Source of the DNA: Podarcis cretensis
Lineage: Eukaryota
Reading direction: 5' to 3'
Assembly (NCBI GenBank): GCA_951804945.1
Contig: OX638153.1
Location: forward strand, 38,440,001 to 38,504,000
Length of the DNA: 64,000 nt
Below are positions 26,973 through 38,243 of this stretch, piece after piece (the first letter of the stretch is position 1; each line of letters begins with the position of its first letter). Under the pieces are notes generated by a model, which was given only the letters and a program-made list of their open reading frames with translations, was not told the origin of the DNA and did not search any database. A program made the position numbers and the translations under genes.

Positions 26973-27328
26973 CCTCTCCGGGTGCGGGGAGCCCGGGGGC
27001 TCGGCTACGACAGGCGCCAGGAGCCGGTCGGGGGAAGCAAGGCCCAGAGCCTGCCGCCAAGGAGGAGGAGCAGGAAGCGGCAGGAGGCTCACCTTCCGAG
27101 CGGCGACAGGCCCCTTTGACTAGACGGCGACCTAGGCCGGTAAAGGGGGGGGGGGGGCAAGGAGAGCGAGAGGCACAACAGATCCGCAGCTTCGGAGCGG
27201 GCGAGGGGGCGGGGAGGAGCGAGGGCAACTGCGCACGCGCGGGGCCCTCTTACCTCACAGAGGAACCGCCGCTGCGCCTGGTTCCCTTCTCGCCCACTCC
27301 GAGCTGAGATACCGCAGAGCGCGCCCAA

Positions 27329-27349
27329 GGCACCATGGGAGATGTAGTT
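27329..27349 (-). promoter_or_regulatory. ZNF143/THAP11 (SBS) motif ACTACATCTCCCATGGTGCC
   Basis: Matches ACTACAnnTCCCAnnnTGC, a motif known to be enriched at bidirectional promoters. Confidence 0.8.
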
Positions 27350-27389
27350 CCCGCTCTTCGCCGGCCCTGAGGGGGGGATTTAAATTCCC

Positions 27390-27592
27390 CTTTCCCTCCC
27401 CCTCCCAACCCCCTCGCCCCTGCCGCCTTCTTCTCCTTCTTCTAACGGCGCGTTCGCTCGCGACAGTTGCTCGTTGCCCTGCTCCTCCTCGCCCGCCGCT
27501 GCCGCCGCTGCGTGAGAGCGCGGGCCGGCCGGGGCTGGGGTTTTGCCTTCGGCTGGGGGAGCGGCGAGATGGCTACGCTCGCTGAGGGAAAG
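27390..27592 (+). other. CPEB3: Probable CPEB3 exon 1 (5' leader; start approximate)
   Basis: GC-rich leader just downstream of the promoter motif, ending in an AAG|GTCAGC donor; orientation and position fit the conserved head-to-head CPEB3/MARCHF5 arrangement. Confidence 0.6.
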
Positions 27593-28019
27593 GTCAGCAC
27601 ACACCTCGACGCTGTCAATTCTTGCTCCTTGCTCCCCACCCTCCCTTCCTTCCTTGGGGAGGAGGAAACAGAGAGAGATGGGCGAGTGTTTCCACAACTC
27701 TCATTTCCCCCGCTCCCTGTGCGGAGACGGTCGTGGGGTGAGGTGGGGTGGGGAGAGGTATTTTTCGGTTACATCATCACATTGAAGCTCCTTCGGCCCC
27801 CTTTGCCTTGCCTTCCCCACTGGTACAGGTGCGCCTCCTTTGTCCCAGGGCATGCAGCGGGGGGGGGGGGGCAACTCTCTCCCACCCACCCCTCGTCACA
27901 GACGTCCTTTTGGGGCAAAGGGGTGGCTGGGCTGTAACTCCTTGACTGACGGTGCTCGCTTAAAGAACTTCATGTACAGTATACTTGTTTGTTACCTTGA
28001 CCTAAGCCTTTCCTCCAGG

Positions 28020-28160
28020 AGGCTTTTCCTTCCTGATCCCTGCCCCACACTTTCATTCTCCCAACTCCCCTATGAGGTAGGTTAGGCTGAGAGGGGGGTG
28101 ACTGACCCATGGTCACCAAGTGAGTTTCCCAGCTGAGGGGTTTCAGCCCAACTCGTCACT
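28020..28160 (-). mobile_element. Degraded MIR/CORE-like SINE
   Basis: CCCTATGAGGTAGGTTAGGCTGAGAG...GTGACTGACCCATGGTCACCAAGTGAGTTTC. Confidence 0.55.
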
Positions 28161-29271
28161 GTACTAGCCAGAACCACTATAGAGAATGGCTACTTTTCTT
28201 GCCAAAAGATGACACAATTGCCGCCGCCACCACCCTGCCACAAAAAAGGTCACCTGCCTCAACAATAGGAAATATGCAAATACGCTTTGAGTATGTGTTG
28301 CGAGTTGGTTAATAATATGCTTTTCATGAGTTTTGTGGCTTCTCCCAATCTTTTTTTATTGGGGAGGCTGTGACTGTAATGGAAACCAACATTTTATTAT
28401 GGCTGTGTTTCTCAACCTCAATTTCTGAGTCAACAGAAGTACCATTCAGGAGACTTTTCTCCTGGGAAGAGGGTGCTGGAGCTTGGAGGCATTTTTGTAA
28501 AAGATGATTGTTTGTGTACCAGTATTCATGTTGAGTAAAGGGGACAAACACCCAGGCTGTAAATTTATGTGAAAATGTTACAAATTTGAAGTAGGGTGTA
28601 ACTAAGTAACCTAAACAATTGGGGCCTACTTTCTATAATGTTCTGTAAAGTAGCCAAAGGAATGCTACCACTTTTTGACCTATTATCTTTTTCAATATTT
28701 TGATTAAATGTGCAGACTAGCATATAGACAGTGATAACCAAGTACATAGATATGATATAGAAATAAGTAGTAACATGCTTCTCTTAGGGGGATTTAGTGA
28801 AAAGGGAGTACATGCATCACTGTGGCCAGTCAGGTTAGTTAAGGCTGCAACCGCTGAACCAGCTGAAGCTGGTGAAAACATTCCTGGCACCTAATGTCAC
28901 TTGGAGACTTTGTAACTAGCTCTTCAAGAAGAGTGTGACCCCATCCAGATTAAAATCTAAACATTCTAATTACTAGATTTTCCAAATCATGATATTTAAG
29001 AAAAACCTGGATTATTTTTTTACTTTGTTAGCCCTCATCCATTCCAGTCCTGTAATCAGACGGGAACCTGCTGAGGTGTTTCCACGCTGGAATTAGAAGG
29101 TGAAAAAGTGGTAGAGCTATCCACATATTGATAACATTGCTGCTCACACAACTGGATCACAACACCATAATTTCAGACTCAGCAAAACACTTCTGTGCAA
29201 AAATTGTCTTTTTGCTTCAAAATTGGTGCACTCTACAAATGTGAAAACTTAAAATTAGTCAGTTCCTAATA

Positions 29272-29536
29272 GCTCCTGTTGCTTGGTCCCTGCTCCTGCC
29301 ACCCTAGCAGTTCAAAAGCACGTAAAAGTGCAAGTAGATAAATAGATACCGCTCCGGCGGGAAGGTAAATGGCATTTCCGTGCGCTGCTCTGGTTCGCCA
29401 GAAGCGGCTTAGTCATGCTGGCTACATGACCCGGAAGCTGTATGCCGGCTCCCTCAGCCAATAAAGCAAGATGAGCGCCGCAACCCCAGAGTCGTCCGTG
29501 ACTGGACCTAACAGTTAGGGGTCCCTTTACCTTTAA
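29272..29536 (+). mobile_element. Sauria SINE (5'-truncated)
   Basis: CCTAGCAGTTCAAAAGCAC...GTGCAAGTAGATAAATAG...GGGAAGGTAAA...ACCCCAGAGTC...CCTTTACCTTT tail. Confidence 0.85.
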
Positions 29537-29924
29537 TGTTTCTGTTTGGTTAATTTTATGAAAGAATTAAACTCCCTTACTTCTCCCTGAAAATTTATCT
29601 CCTATCAATTTTAATTTGTATATAGTAATTGATACTGGTTTTGCAATTGTTAAACATGGCAGAACTACAAAGTGGGATACAATAATTTGTATAACAATTT
29701 AGCTATTGGGGTTTGTAACAATTCTTAGTTATTTCTGTCTGCAGATTGGAGTTGCTTTGGGACTCATGCTAGTGGTATAGTACTACAGAATGCTAGAATT
29801 ATAACCTTCTGGTACGTTGTTTTGCTCCATTTAAAGCTGCTTGTTAGTGTTCATTTGTTTTCCTATTAACTGATAGTTTTGTATACTTTGAATATTAGCA
29901 TTTAGCTTGCAGCATTGAGAATGA

Positions 29925-30340
29925 GTTGGTGGTGGTGGTGGCGGCGGCACCTGTCTGTCTTGAGAGACAATAAAGTGTGCTTCACGGGGTGAAATCAAAC
30001 TGCTGCATAAACAGCACCAAAGTGACCTCCTCGTGGCACAAGCCTGGGCTGCTGAGATGACAAGACCCCTCTCTCAGCCTTGTTGATGTGGTCCAAAGGA
30101 AAGTAGAGTGATACATTTGGCACAAGCTTAGCTGCAGGAGTTGTTGTAAGGAGGCGTAGAAAGCACCATCTTACCATCTTAGGGACTGCACTCCAGGTTT
30201 GTGTAGGGTTAACTCCTTGGCCTTTTCATCTTCCAAAGGTGTCCCACAAGGCAGTGGGTACAGATTTTTCCTCAGAGTTTACTCCCAAACTACCCCCAAC
30301 GGAGCATGATGTGTCCCCCAGTAGAGGTACCACCCCTCCC
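29925..30340 (-). mobile_element. Second copy of the RTE-derived element, internally deleted
   Basis: Collinear with 24697-25139 and 25509-25559; (CCA)n-like tail; lacks the ribozyme core. Confidence 0.8.
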
Positions 30341-32277
30341 CTAATCCCCTCACACCCCAGAAGTTGTCCTCTTATACCAGGTTCAGACCATTTATATTTT
30401 CCCTTCCCCATCCTTTTTTATGCAGCTACCAGGGATTGATCCTGGAACCTTCTGAATACAGATTCAATCCCAGTGGTATCTCCAGAGAGTGCTGGGTATG
30501 TTCTGAGCCTGGAACCCTGGACAGCTGCTGCCAGTCAGTGTTGAAAATAAATGGTATACCTTTTGCTATAGTGATCAAGCAACAAAAAAGTTAGCCAGGG
30601 TGGATCCTGTCTGTTATTCCCTTGTCCTTTTTGTCCACTGTTCCAGGACTTGGAAGATAATTATGAAAAGACATAGTGGACCTCCTTTAATCTGAAAAAG
30701 AGAAGGCATGCGAACAAGAGTTATTTCATTGCTGCTGACTTTCTTGGATGTTCTGTTCAGTGCAAAAATGGTGCTGTGGTTGGGGCAATTAATGCTTTCT
30801 TGTCTTAGGGTCTTGGCTTAAGCTTGCCTTTGAGACAACCCCATCTTGGGGCGGGGATGGAGACAAAGGCTGATTTCTGTTCACTTCTGCATAGTGGAGG
30901 CTGACCCACTGGGGCAATTGGGGCACTACCCTACCAACCCAAGTCTGCCCTTACTCAACCCCTATATAGCCATCTTCTTACTTACAACCAGTCAAGGGTG
31001 GCTCAGTCTGCCATTCACTTTGGTTCCTCCTACTGTTGGTCTTCTTGCATTCCACCCTACCAGTCACGTTGGGCACCAGCCACCACTGCTCCTGCAGGCA
31101 GGGGAGAGGGGTGGATTAAAGGACCTAGGGGAGGAGTGGGCAGAAGCAGCTGCTACTATGTCTCTTGTTTGATCCCTACACATAAAAATAAACACCTGTT
31201 TTTCAGGTTACAGTCTGGCTCCCTATTATTATTTTAGTTCCAAAATAATATAATACAGAATGGTTTACAAATGAAGCAAGACTGGCATGGTTAGGCATGC
31301 CCTCTCCAGGAAAGGGGACATGTGGTATAGTAACCAAACTTGGTAAAAGGCATTTCTAGTCAACTGGCATGATCTGATAATTCAGAAGCAGCATGAAGGA
31401 ATACCCTCTCACTGTGATTCTGAATTTTCTGAAAGAGTGCAGCTGCATCCATGACAGGTTGTATTTGTAATCCTAGATCCTACAGTTATTTCATCTTATC
31501 TGAATTAAGTTTGTTCATTGGCATCCAGCTTCTCACAGTTTCCAGGCACTAATTCAGGCTTTCCACTGCCTTCCTCAGATCAGAGGCAGATGGAAGATGA
31601 TAGTTTGTATGGGAGAAAGGACCGATTGTACTTTCTGGAATTGACATCTGAATAAACAATTGGTGGCTGAAATCTAACATAGCCAAATCCAAACTTGTTT
31701 AAAAGCCCTGTATCTTATTAACAGTACAATATACATAATGCTACTTAAGCATAGTAATCTTTGGTATATGTCTTTCCAAGGTACTACTGTGAGGTAAAAT
31801 GCTCATTGGTTGGTAATTGGGAAAACATGCAATTCTGTACATTTAACTTGGCTTATTAAAGTCACGCCATTCTATTATTATTCATAACACAGGAAGAGAG
31901 ATAATTAAAGTGATTTATGATGATGCTGTACTTTGGTTAGTCAGACTAATCTGACAACCTTTGGGACTGTGGGGTTGGGAAGTAGGTATCTAAAGCACAG
32001 TAAAGGAATTCTGATACATGTGATGTGTTGAAAAACAAGGATTTCCATTTCTGCCACTTTTGTTGAAGGAATATATGTTACCCAAATTTATCCCTGCTCA
32101 AAAGCTATATGTGAATCCAAGGCATTTGACTAGGATATGCTTTACGAATGAAGGGCATTATAATAACTTAAACAGTAAGAATATTTTGAGGAAACCGATA
32201 TGAAACCTGCTTCCCATTAATAAGATGAAAATAAAACTTTGTGTCAATTGCCTTCCCCTTTTCAGCAGTGCAGTATA

Positions 32278-32503
32278 CAGTGGTACCTCGGGTTAAGTAC
32301 TTAATTCGTTCCGGAGGTCCATTCTTAACTTGAAACTGTTCTTAACCTGAAGCACCACTTTAGCTAATGGGGCCTCCTGCTGCTGCCGCACCGCTGGAGC
32401 ACGATTTCTGTTCTCATCCTGAAGCAAAGTTCTTAACCCAAGGTACTATTTCTGGGTTAGTGGAGTCTGTAACCTGAAGCGTATGTAACCCGAGGTACCA
32501 CTG
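32278..32503. mobile_element. Tc1/mariner (Tigger-like) MITE
   Basis: TA-CAGTGGTACCTCGGGTTA ... TAACCCGAGGTACCACTG-TA; inverted relative to 2340-2554. Confidence 0.9.
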
Positions 32504-32899
32504 TACACACCTGAAGATGCTTAGGTGGAAGATGAGCATAACAGTTGTTTGCTGTGATTGTGTGTATGTATGTACATAATACACACACACACACACAAAC
32601 AAACAAACACCCCTGAACATGGGGGGTTTGTCTTTGCTTGTAATCTTCTTAGTGTTGTATGATGTGCACTGTTGGAGAAAGAACGGGATTTGATCTATTA
32701 TGGCAACCAGGTGTTTTTGTGTTGTACCTTTTAAAATTGAAAAATACCCAATAATTAGCTAGTATTACAGTTGCTTACTTTGGATCACTATTACTCTGTT
32801 GGATCTTAATTTAGATGCGGCTCAAATCTCTCTCTAAAAAAATTATAAATAACATCTTGACCCATATCTAAATTAAAATCAGAGTGACCCGTGCCTAAT

Positions 32900-35326
32900 A
32901 AAATGCTTGGCTCCAAAGGTACCTGTTAAACCAGTTTTGCCTCCTGAAGAGTGATCGAGAGGCTTTCAGCCATGAGAGAGCTGTAAGCTCTTTCAGTTTT
33001 ACGAACGTGCCTCGGTGCTTTGAGCACTCTTCTCCCAGCTTGCCTCTGTTCAAGGAAAGACTTCAATCCCCACAATTCCGCGGTTGCACATGCGTCTTCT
33101 GCTTACAGTTGTCAAAGTGCTCTTGCCAGAGCAATTTCTATTTGTCATATACCAAACCCGAAAGAAGGAAATAGACACACTGTCCCTTCCTTTTATTGAT
33201 CTTTAAATACAGAATACTCAAAAGGTAACTGTTATCGGCGGCTAAGCGGGTTACTGCATGCAAACGAAGTATTATGGGAGTATTTGATTTTCATGTACAG
33301 TAGTTAGACGGGCACAAATACACGGGGGGAAAGGGGGTGGAGGAAGCAGGAGGCGCCGCATACCAGCCCAATGCTAGGTATTTAGCTGCCAATTTTTTCC
33401 GAGTAATACCCAATTTGCCTCTCTTCAGTTTGCCTGCGTTCACGTAATGGTTAGGTATTGACCTTGACAGAGGGGTAGATCTGTAGTGAAAGCTTACGTA
33501 TAAGAAGCGATGGGGGAAATAATGCTAGCTAGTGTCTCAATATGAAGTTGATAAAAAATACCTTAAAATTGTTGTAGCACAGCTTATCTGCTATATTGGA
33601 AGCAATAGTTTTACTGTTACTATTGGCTATTGTTTAAATGATTTCCTAAACTGGCCGTTAAAACACAGGAGGAGAGCAATATATCTGATTTTCCCTCTTT
33701 GTATGAAATGTATTATTTTTTCTTCCTTTACTGTTGTGGTCTTTGATCGGAGCGCAGCTAATGGAAAACTACTCAAAGCCTTTTATATTATGGCTTGCTG
33801 CAGTGCTGCTTTAAAGGTTTCCCTGCACCCCCTACAGCAGCAGCAAAGCTGCGTGCTACAGATGCGCTCCTTTTTGCTCCTTTTCGGATTAGGAATTTAG
33901 CTTAATACTCTCTCTATGCACTCCCTGCAAGGCATTATTTTTAGATTGTGTGCACAGATCAGCAATAAAATAAAATAAAAATACTGCTTGAATATATTTC
34001 TTCTATGCCCATTAAAAATGTTGCTGTTTTCACTTGATTACCTGTTATGAAGAGGGATTTTAAATTCAGGAATGTTTTGAATTTAGTGGTTATGAGAGAG
34101 GAAGTTACTACCTTCATATTTCTTCACACCCTTCTCAAAGCAACCCCTATTTAAGTATTGGTTATTTTGCTGATGCAGTTAAATAGCGTGGAGAGATACA
34201 TTCGATTTTGAAGGTTGCAACATTATTTGAGAAAAGTATATTGTTAAAACAAGCCTGTTTAATTTTTGAATTTGTTCAGCGTCTTTTCCAGACGGCCGTC
34301 TTTTGTTTGGCCTATTTAACTATTTGCTGTTCCTCTGATAGCGTTCTCATAGGTGCAGAAGTAGGGAATGCTCTTTAGTAACAATAGATAGAAGACAAAA
34401 TGGTCATTATTACTATCTGGTGATTTATATTGGCAATATGAATTAATTAGTGTTTTATGCCTGTGTGTGGAAAAATCTGCAGCAGGAGGATGCCTACAAG
34501 GAAGTGTTAACGCGTCTGAATACTTTCCCCAGTTTATGCGGGATTGAAGGCTTCAGTATTTTTTGCTCAAAGCAATTTAGTTATTGGATTATTAAATGCC
34601 ATATTTTACATGGGAGACAAAAGGACTATTAAAACAAACAAAACTGTATCCCCTAGTTACGTGTAAGATGCCTCCCACCCCTTCAGTAGCTTAAAAAAAA
34701 AACCGTTTGGCTTAGTTCTTTTCGTTTATTCAGGGCTTTAAAATCGTGGATCCTGAACTGTTTTTAATTATTTGGTTGAACCAGTTTGTTGATTAAGCGA
34801 AATGGGTATGCGGCTCCTTTAAAAAGTCTATTCATAGGAAAGGGGGTGGGGGAGAGTAAAGGCTGCTGTCTTTTTAACCTTGCTGAAGGACGCAGCAGTA
34901 TTTATTGACGTATGCAAATAACAAGGAAGGAGGAGGGTGCACGGAAAAACAGGAACCAGAATCAGTTTCTCATTGCAGGGCGAGAGCTCTGAGTTCCGGT
35001 GTATGAGAAAGAGACGTGGCGAAATTGCTGTATATCTCTGCCCTATAAGCATACCTTTCCTTTACACTGAAGGGAACCAAGACATCAAAAAGGGTGAAAC
35101 ATCTTCAAATGTATTTTTAGAAGCGACGTGGAGCGATTACACTGATTCAAACTGTTACTCCTAAAGGGGTGGGGGTAGGGATTACGTATTAGTCGTGCCT
35201 TGCAACTTGCGGCAGCGTTACGCTCGCAGTGGCATTCTTGCAAGCAGCAGAGGCGAAGGCTAAAGCAGCCATATGAATGTTAACAGTCTGTCTTCTGGAT
35301 TTTTTTCCTCCTTCCTCTCGTTTCAG
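32900..35326 (+). promoter_or_regulatory. TE-free, CpG-retaining block upstream of the CPEB3 coding exon (possible alternative promoter / extended 5' leader)
   Basis: No recognisable repeats, more CpGs than flanking introns, several ACGT-core bZIP-like sites, candidate donor AAG|GTAACT at 33224/33225. Confidence 0.5.
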
Positions 35327-35337
35327 CTGCGCAAACC

Positions 35338-36222
35338 ATGCAGGATGATTTACTGATGGACAAAAGCAAAGCCCAGCCCCAGCAGCAGCGGCAGCAGCAG
35401 CAGCAAGATCCAAACGCAGCAGAAGCCCCTTCTACGCCCATCACGTCAGAGACACCCAAACAGGAGGACAGCAGCCCAGTGACTAGCATCGGCTCAGCAG
35501 CTCCTGCCCAAAATAGCAAGGAAAAGATGCAGATGGAGTCCCCCATCTTGCCAGGCTTAAGTTTCCACCAGCCTCAGCAGGAACCTACAGCCGGCACCTC
35601 CTTGTCTCCCTCCTTCGGAAGCACCTGGTCTACTGGGACCACAAATGCAGTGGATGATAGCTTTTTCCAAGGGATTACCCCTGTCAATGGGACAATGCTT
35701 TTCCAGAATTTCCCTCACCATGTAAATCCAGTTTTTGGTGGCACTTTCTCCCCCCAGATTGGCCTAGCTCAGACTCAGCACCACCAACAGCAGCAGCAGC
35801 AAGCCCAGCAGCAGCAAAGGAGATCGCCAGTCAGCCCCAATCAGGCATCTTTTGCCCAGAGAAATGCTGCTTATAGCCATCAGCCCATCATGACCAGCAA
35901 ACCTTCCTCCTCCTCAGCTTCCACCTCTTCTCCTTCCAGCTGGAATAACCACCAAAATGCTGCCTGGAGTACACCTTCCAATCCTTGGGGCGGGCTGCAA
36001 GCTGGCAGGGACCCTCGAAGGGCAGTAGGTGTGGGTGTTGGTGTAGGAGTGGGAGTTGGAGTGCCATCCCCACTTAATCCCATTTCACCTCTTAAGAAGC
36101 CCTTCTCTAGCAATGTCATTGCCCCACCAAAGTTTCCACGGGCTGCTCCCCTAACCCCAAAATCCTGGATGGAAGACAACGCCTTCAGGACTGACAATGG
36201 TAACAATCTGTTGCCTTTTCAG
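35338..36222 (+). CDS. CPEB3: CPEB3 first coding exon (exon starts 35327; Q/S/P-rich prion-like N-terminal region, 295 codons)
   Basis: MQDDLLMDKSKAQPQ...SFGSTWSTGTTNAVDDSFFQGITPVNGTMLFQNFPHHVNPVFGGTFSPQIGLAQTQHHQQ...RRAVGVGVG...KSWMEDNAFRTDNGNNLLPFQ; TTTCAG acceptor 11 nt before the ATG; CAG|GTAATG donor. Confidence 0.98.
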
Positions 36223-37497
36223 GTAATGTCTTTTATTTGAGTAAAGAAGGGGAAGTGATATTTCAGTATTTGTCTCATAATATAATTCTATGTTACATCA
36301 AACACCGCTTTTGTCATTCTAGCACATGCCTGACTTCATTAGCTATTTTCACTGAAATAATTCAAGCTATATAGTAGCTGAGGGCACTCACATATGTTAA
36401 AAATCTCAAGTGAAAATTATAGTCAGGTTGTGATTCAATATTCTTTGTTTCCCTTTAATTTTGACTTTAAGGATCAGAAATATTTGCTTCTCGGTGCTCC
36501 TTTTCTTCCCACCCTTCTTCCTAGGATGTATCATGTTCCAGTATTTTAATTGGTACAGTATTATTTATTTTTTTTAAATCTGAAATATAGGAACATTAAT
36601 GGATCCATTAATGTAGTTGGCTTCAAATTTGAAATTAAATGGCTGACTAAAACCGAGAACAGTTTAGGAATCTCGTTAATTACCTTCTGCATATTAAAGG
36701 GCCAAACCCTTTCTGCTTTAAAGGGCTTTACTTTATTAGTCCTGAGAAATGAGGTTCAGCAGGATTGGGTTTGCAAAATCAGGCAGATGAATGCAAATAA
36801 AATGCTGAAATTGCTGAAGTGTAATCATGATAATGTGTTTAGGGTGTGGGTTTGAAGGAGTTTTGGATGTGTGTTGACTTGAGTATCATTTGCTTTCAAT
36901 AAGGAAATTTCTAATGGCAACATGCAAGATTAAGAAATACAGGGAACGTATTTGTGTGAATGAATTTCTTAAACTTCAGTTTTATGCCTTATCAGAGGAA
37001 AGATACAATAGGACATGACCTTCACAACCATATTGCAATGGAGCCTATTTACTAGCTACATAAGCCCTGAAATATTTAAAGCAGCAGTGTCCTTCATTGG
37101 TTTTGTTATCTAAGATGTCAGGGCGGATCAATTGCAACAACTGAAACTGGGGAAAATAGAAGCTCTGAAATTTTAATGTAGAATGGAACTTGTCTTGGTG
37201 TTAAATGCCGCCTCAACTGAATAATTGGCACATGCACTTTACCTTGTATCCTGTATCAGATTATGAAGATAGAAGCTTTTTTGTTTTATGTTGGTTGCCC
37301 CAAGTTGTTGCCTCTAAATGCATAAATTGGACTCTTAAAGGGCAGTGAAATCACTTTGTTTTCTGGTTTCAAAGGAACACTCTTTTAAAGTTACATTTTC
37401 CAATTCAGGCAATAAATTACAATAAACAGTTACTGTTGGGATTGATTTTAAAATCCAGTATATTCAGTAGTGCAGAATAAAATCTTTTACGAATACC

Positions 37498-38243
37498 TGC
37501 TTACCTAGAGCTTTGAGGAAGCAGCGCTTTGCTGCATGGCAGTGGCAAGGTTCTGGGCCATCTTTCCTGCATGGCCATTGGGGGATGCCAGAGCCTCCAC
37601 TTCTGGCTGCATGGTTTGGCATGAAGAGTCCTTTCCAATGGGCCAGTCAGAGAGTGCTAGGTTGTGTCAGCAGCCTATCTTTAACCTGCTGATATCCTAT
37701 AAATTGTGGCTGTATCTGGGGCCCCAGTTCTTCTGGGGGTTTCCCACCTTCTCACCCTGTGTATGTGTGGACATGCTCAAATGTGATCAGGCAAGCCAGT
37801 GTGAAGACCTTGCTATGGAACACTTAGTTCTCAGAGCCATGAATTAATTTTTCTTGTAGACAAATTGGCCGGTCCACCTCATAGCAAGTGTCACAACTTT
37901 TTGCAGATGGCACTGGGTTGAATCTTTAGCCTATTGTGTACCCCCTAAAAGGGTATGGGATGGGGTGTTTCTTCCCAGGAGCCTACACGCGGGGCCAATA
38001 GGCCATAGCACCTTTCTGAGTGGTGGCCCTGGTGGGTCGTCCAACTTGATATATGTCAAGGGGTGACTCTCATCCCAGGGATGACCCATCCCATTGATCA
38101 ACCAGTAGGCAGGTTGATTAATTCTGGATTCATACCCAATGCCTTTGCCTATGTCTATTTACATCTGTAATCAATAAAAAGTTGGGGTCTATTTCAATCC
38201 AATACCATCCTGTATATTTTTTTTTACCGTTTGTTTGGCTCCA
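37498..38243 (+). mobile_element. Possible solo LTR
   Basis: GC-richer insert with TATA-like CCTATAAAT (about 37696), AATAAA (38173) followed by a T-rich tract, and tentative TG...CA ends with a TACC 4-bp duplication. Confidence 0.35.

Larger units (their letters stand above)
26700..27950. promoter_or_regulatory. CpG island / bidirectional promoter of MARCHF5 and CPEB3
   Basis: Sharp rise in GC and CpG content; GC box GGGGGCGGGG (about 27205-27214); NRF1-like TGCGCACGCGC (27230-27240); divergent first exons on either side. Confidence 0.9.

Noticed and set aside
26425-28085. Many overlapping 60-156 aa ORFs across the CpG island
   Set aside because: Expected from high GC content and few stop codons; only the MARCHF5 exon 1 and uORF segments are interpretable
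33436-33445. GCGTTCACGT, identical to the P3/L3 segment of the mammalian CPEB3 ribozyme
   Set aside because: Followed by AAT rather than CGC, so P3 cannot close; no P1, P2 or P4 partners; wrong intron
35880-36206. Antisense ORF with a (TP)n repeat opposite CPEB3
   Set aside because: Mirror of the VG repeat and codon structure on the sense strand
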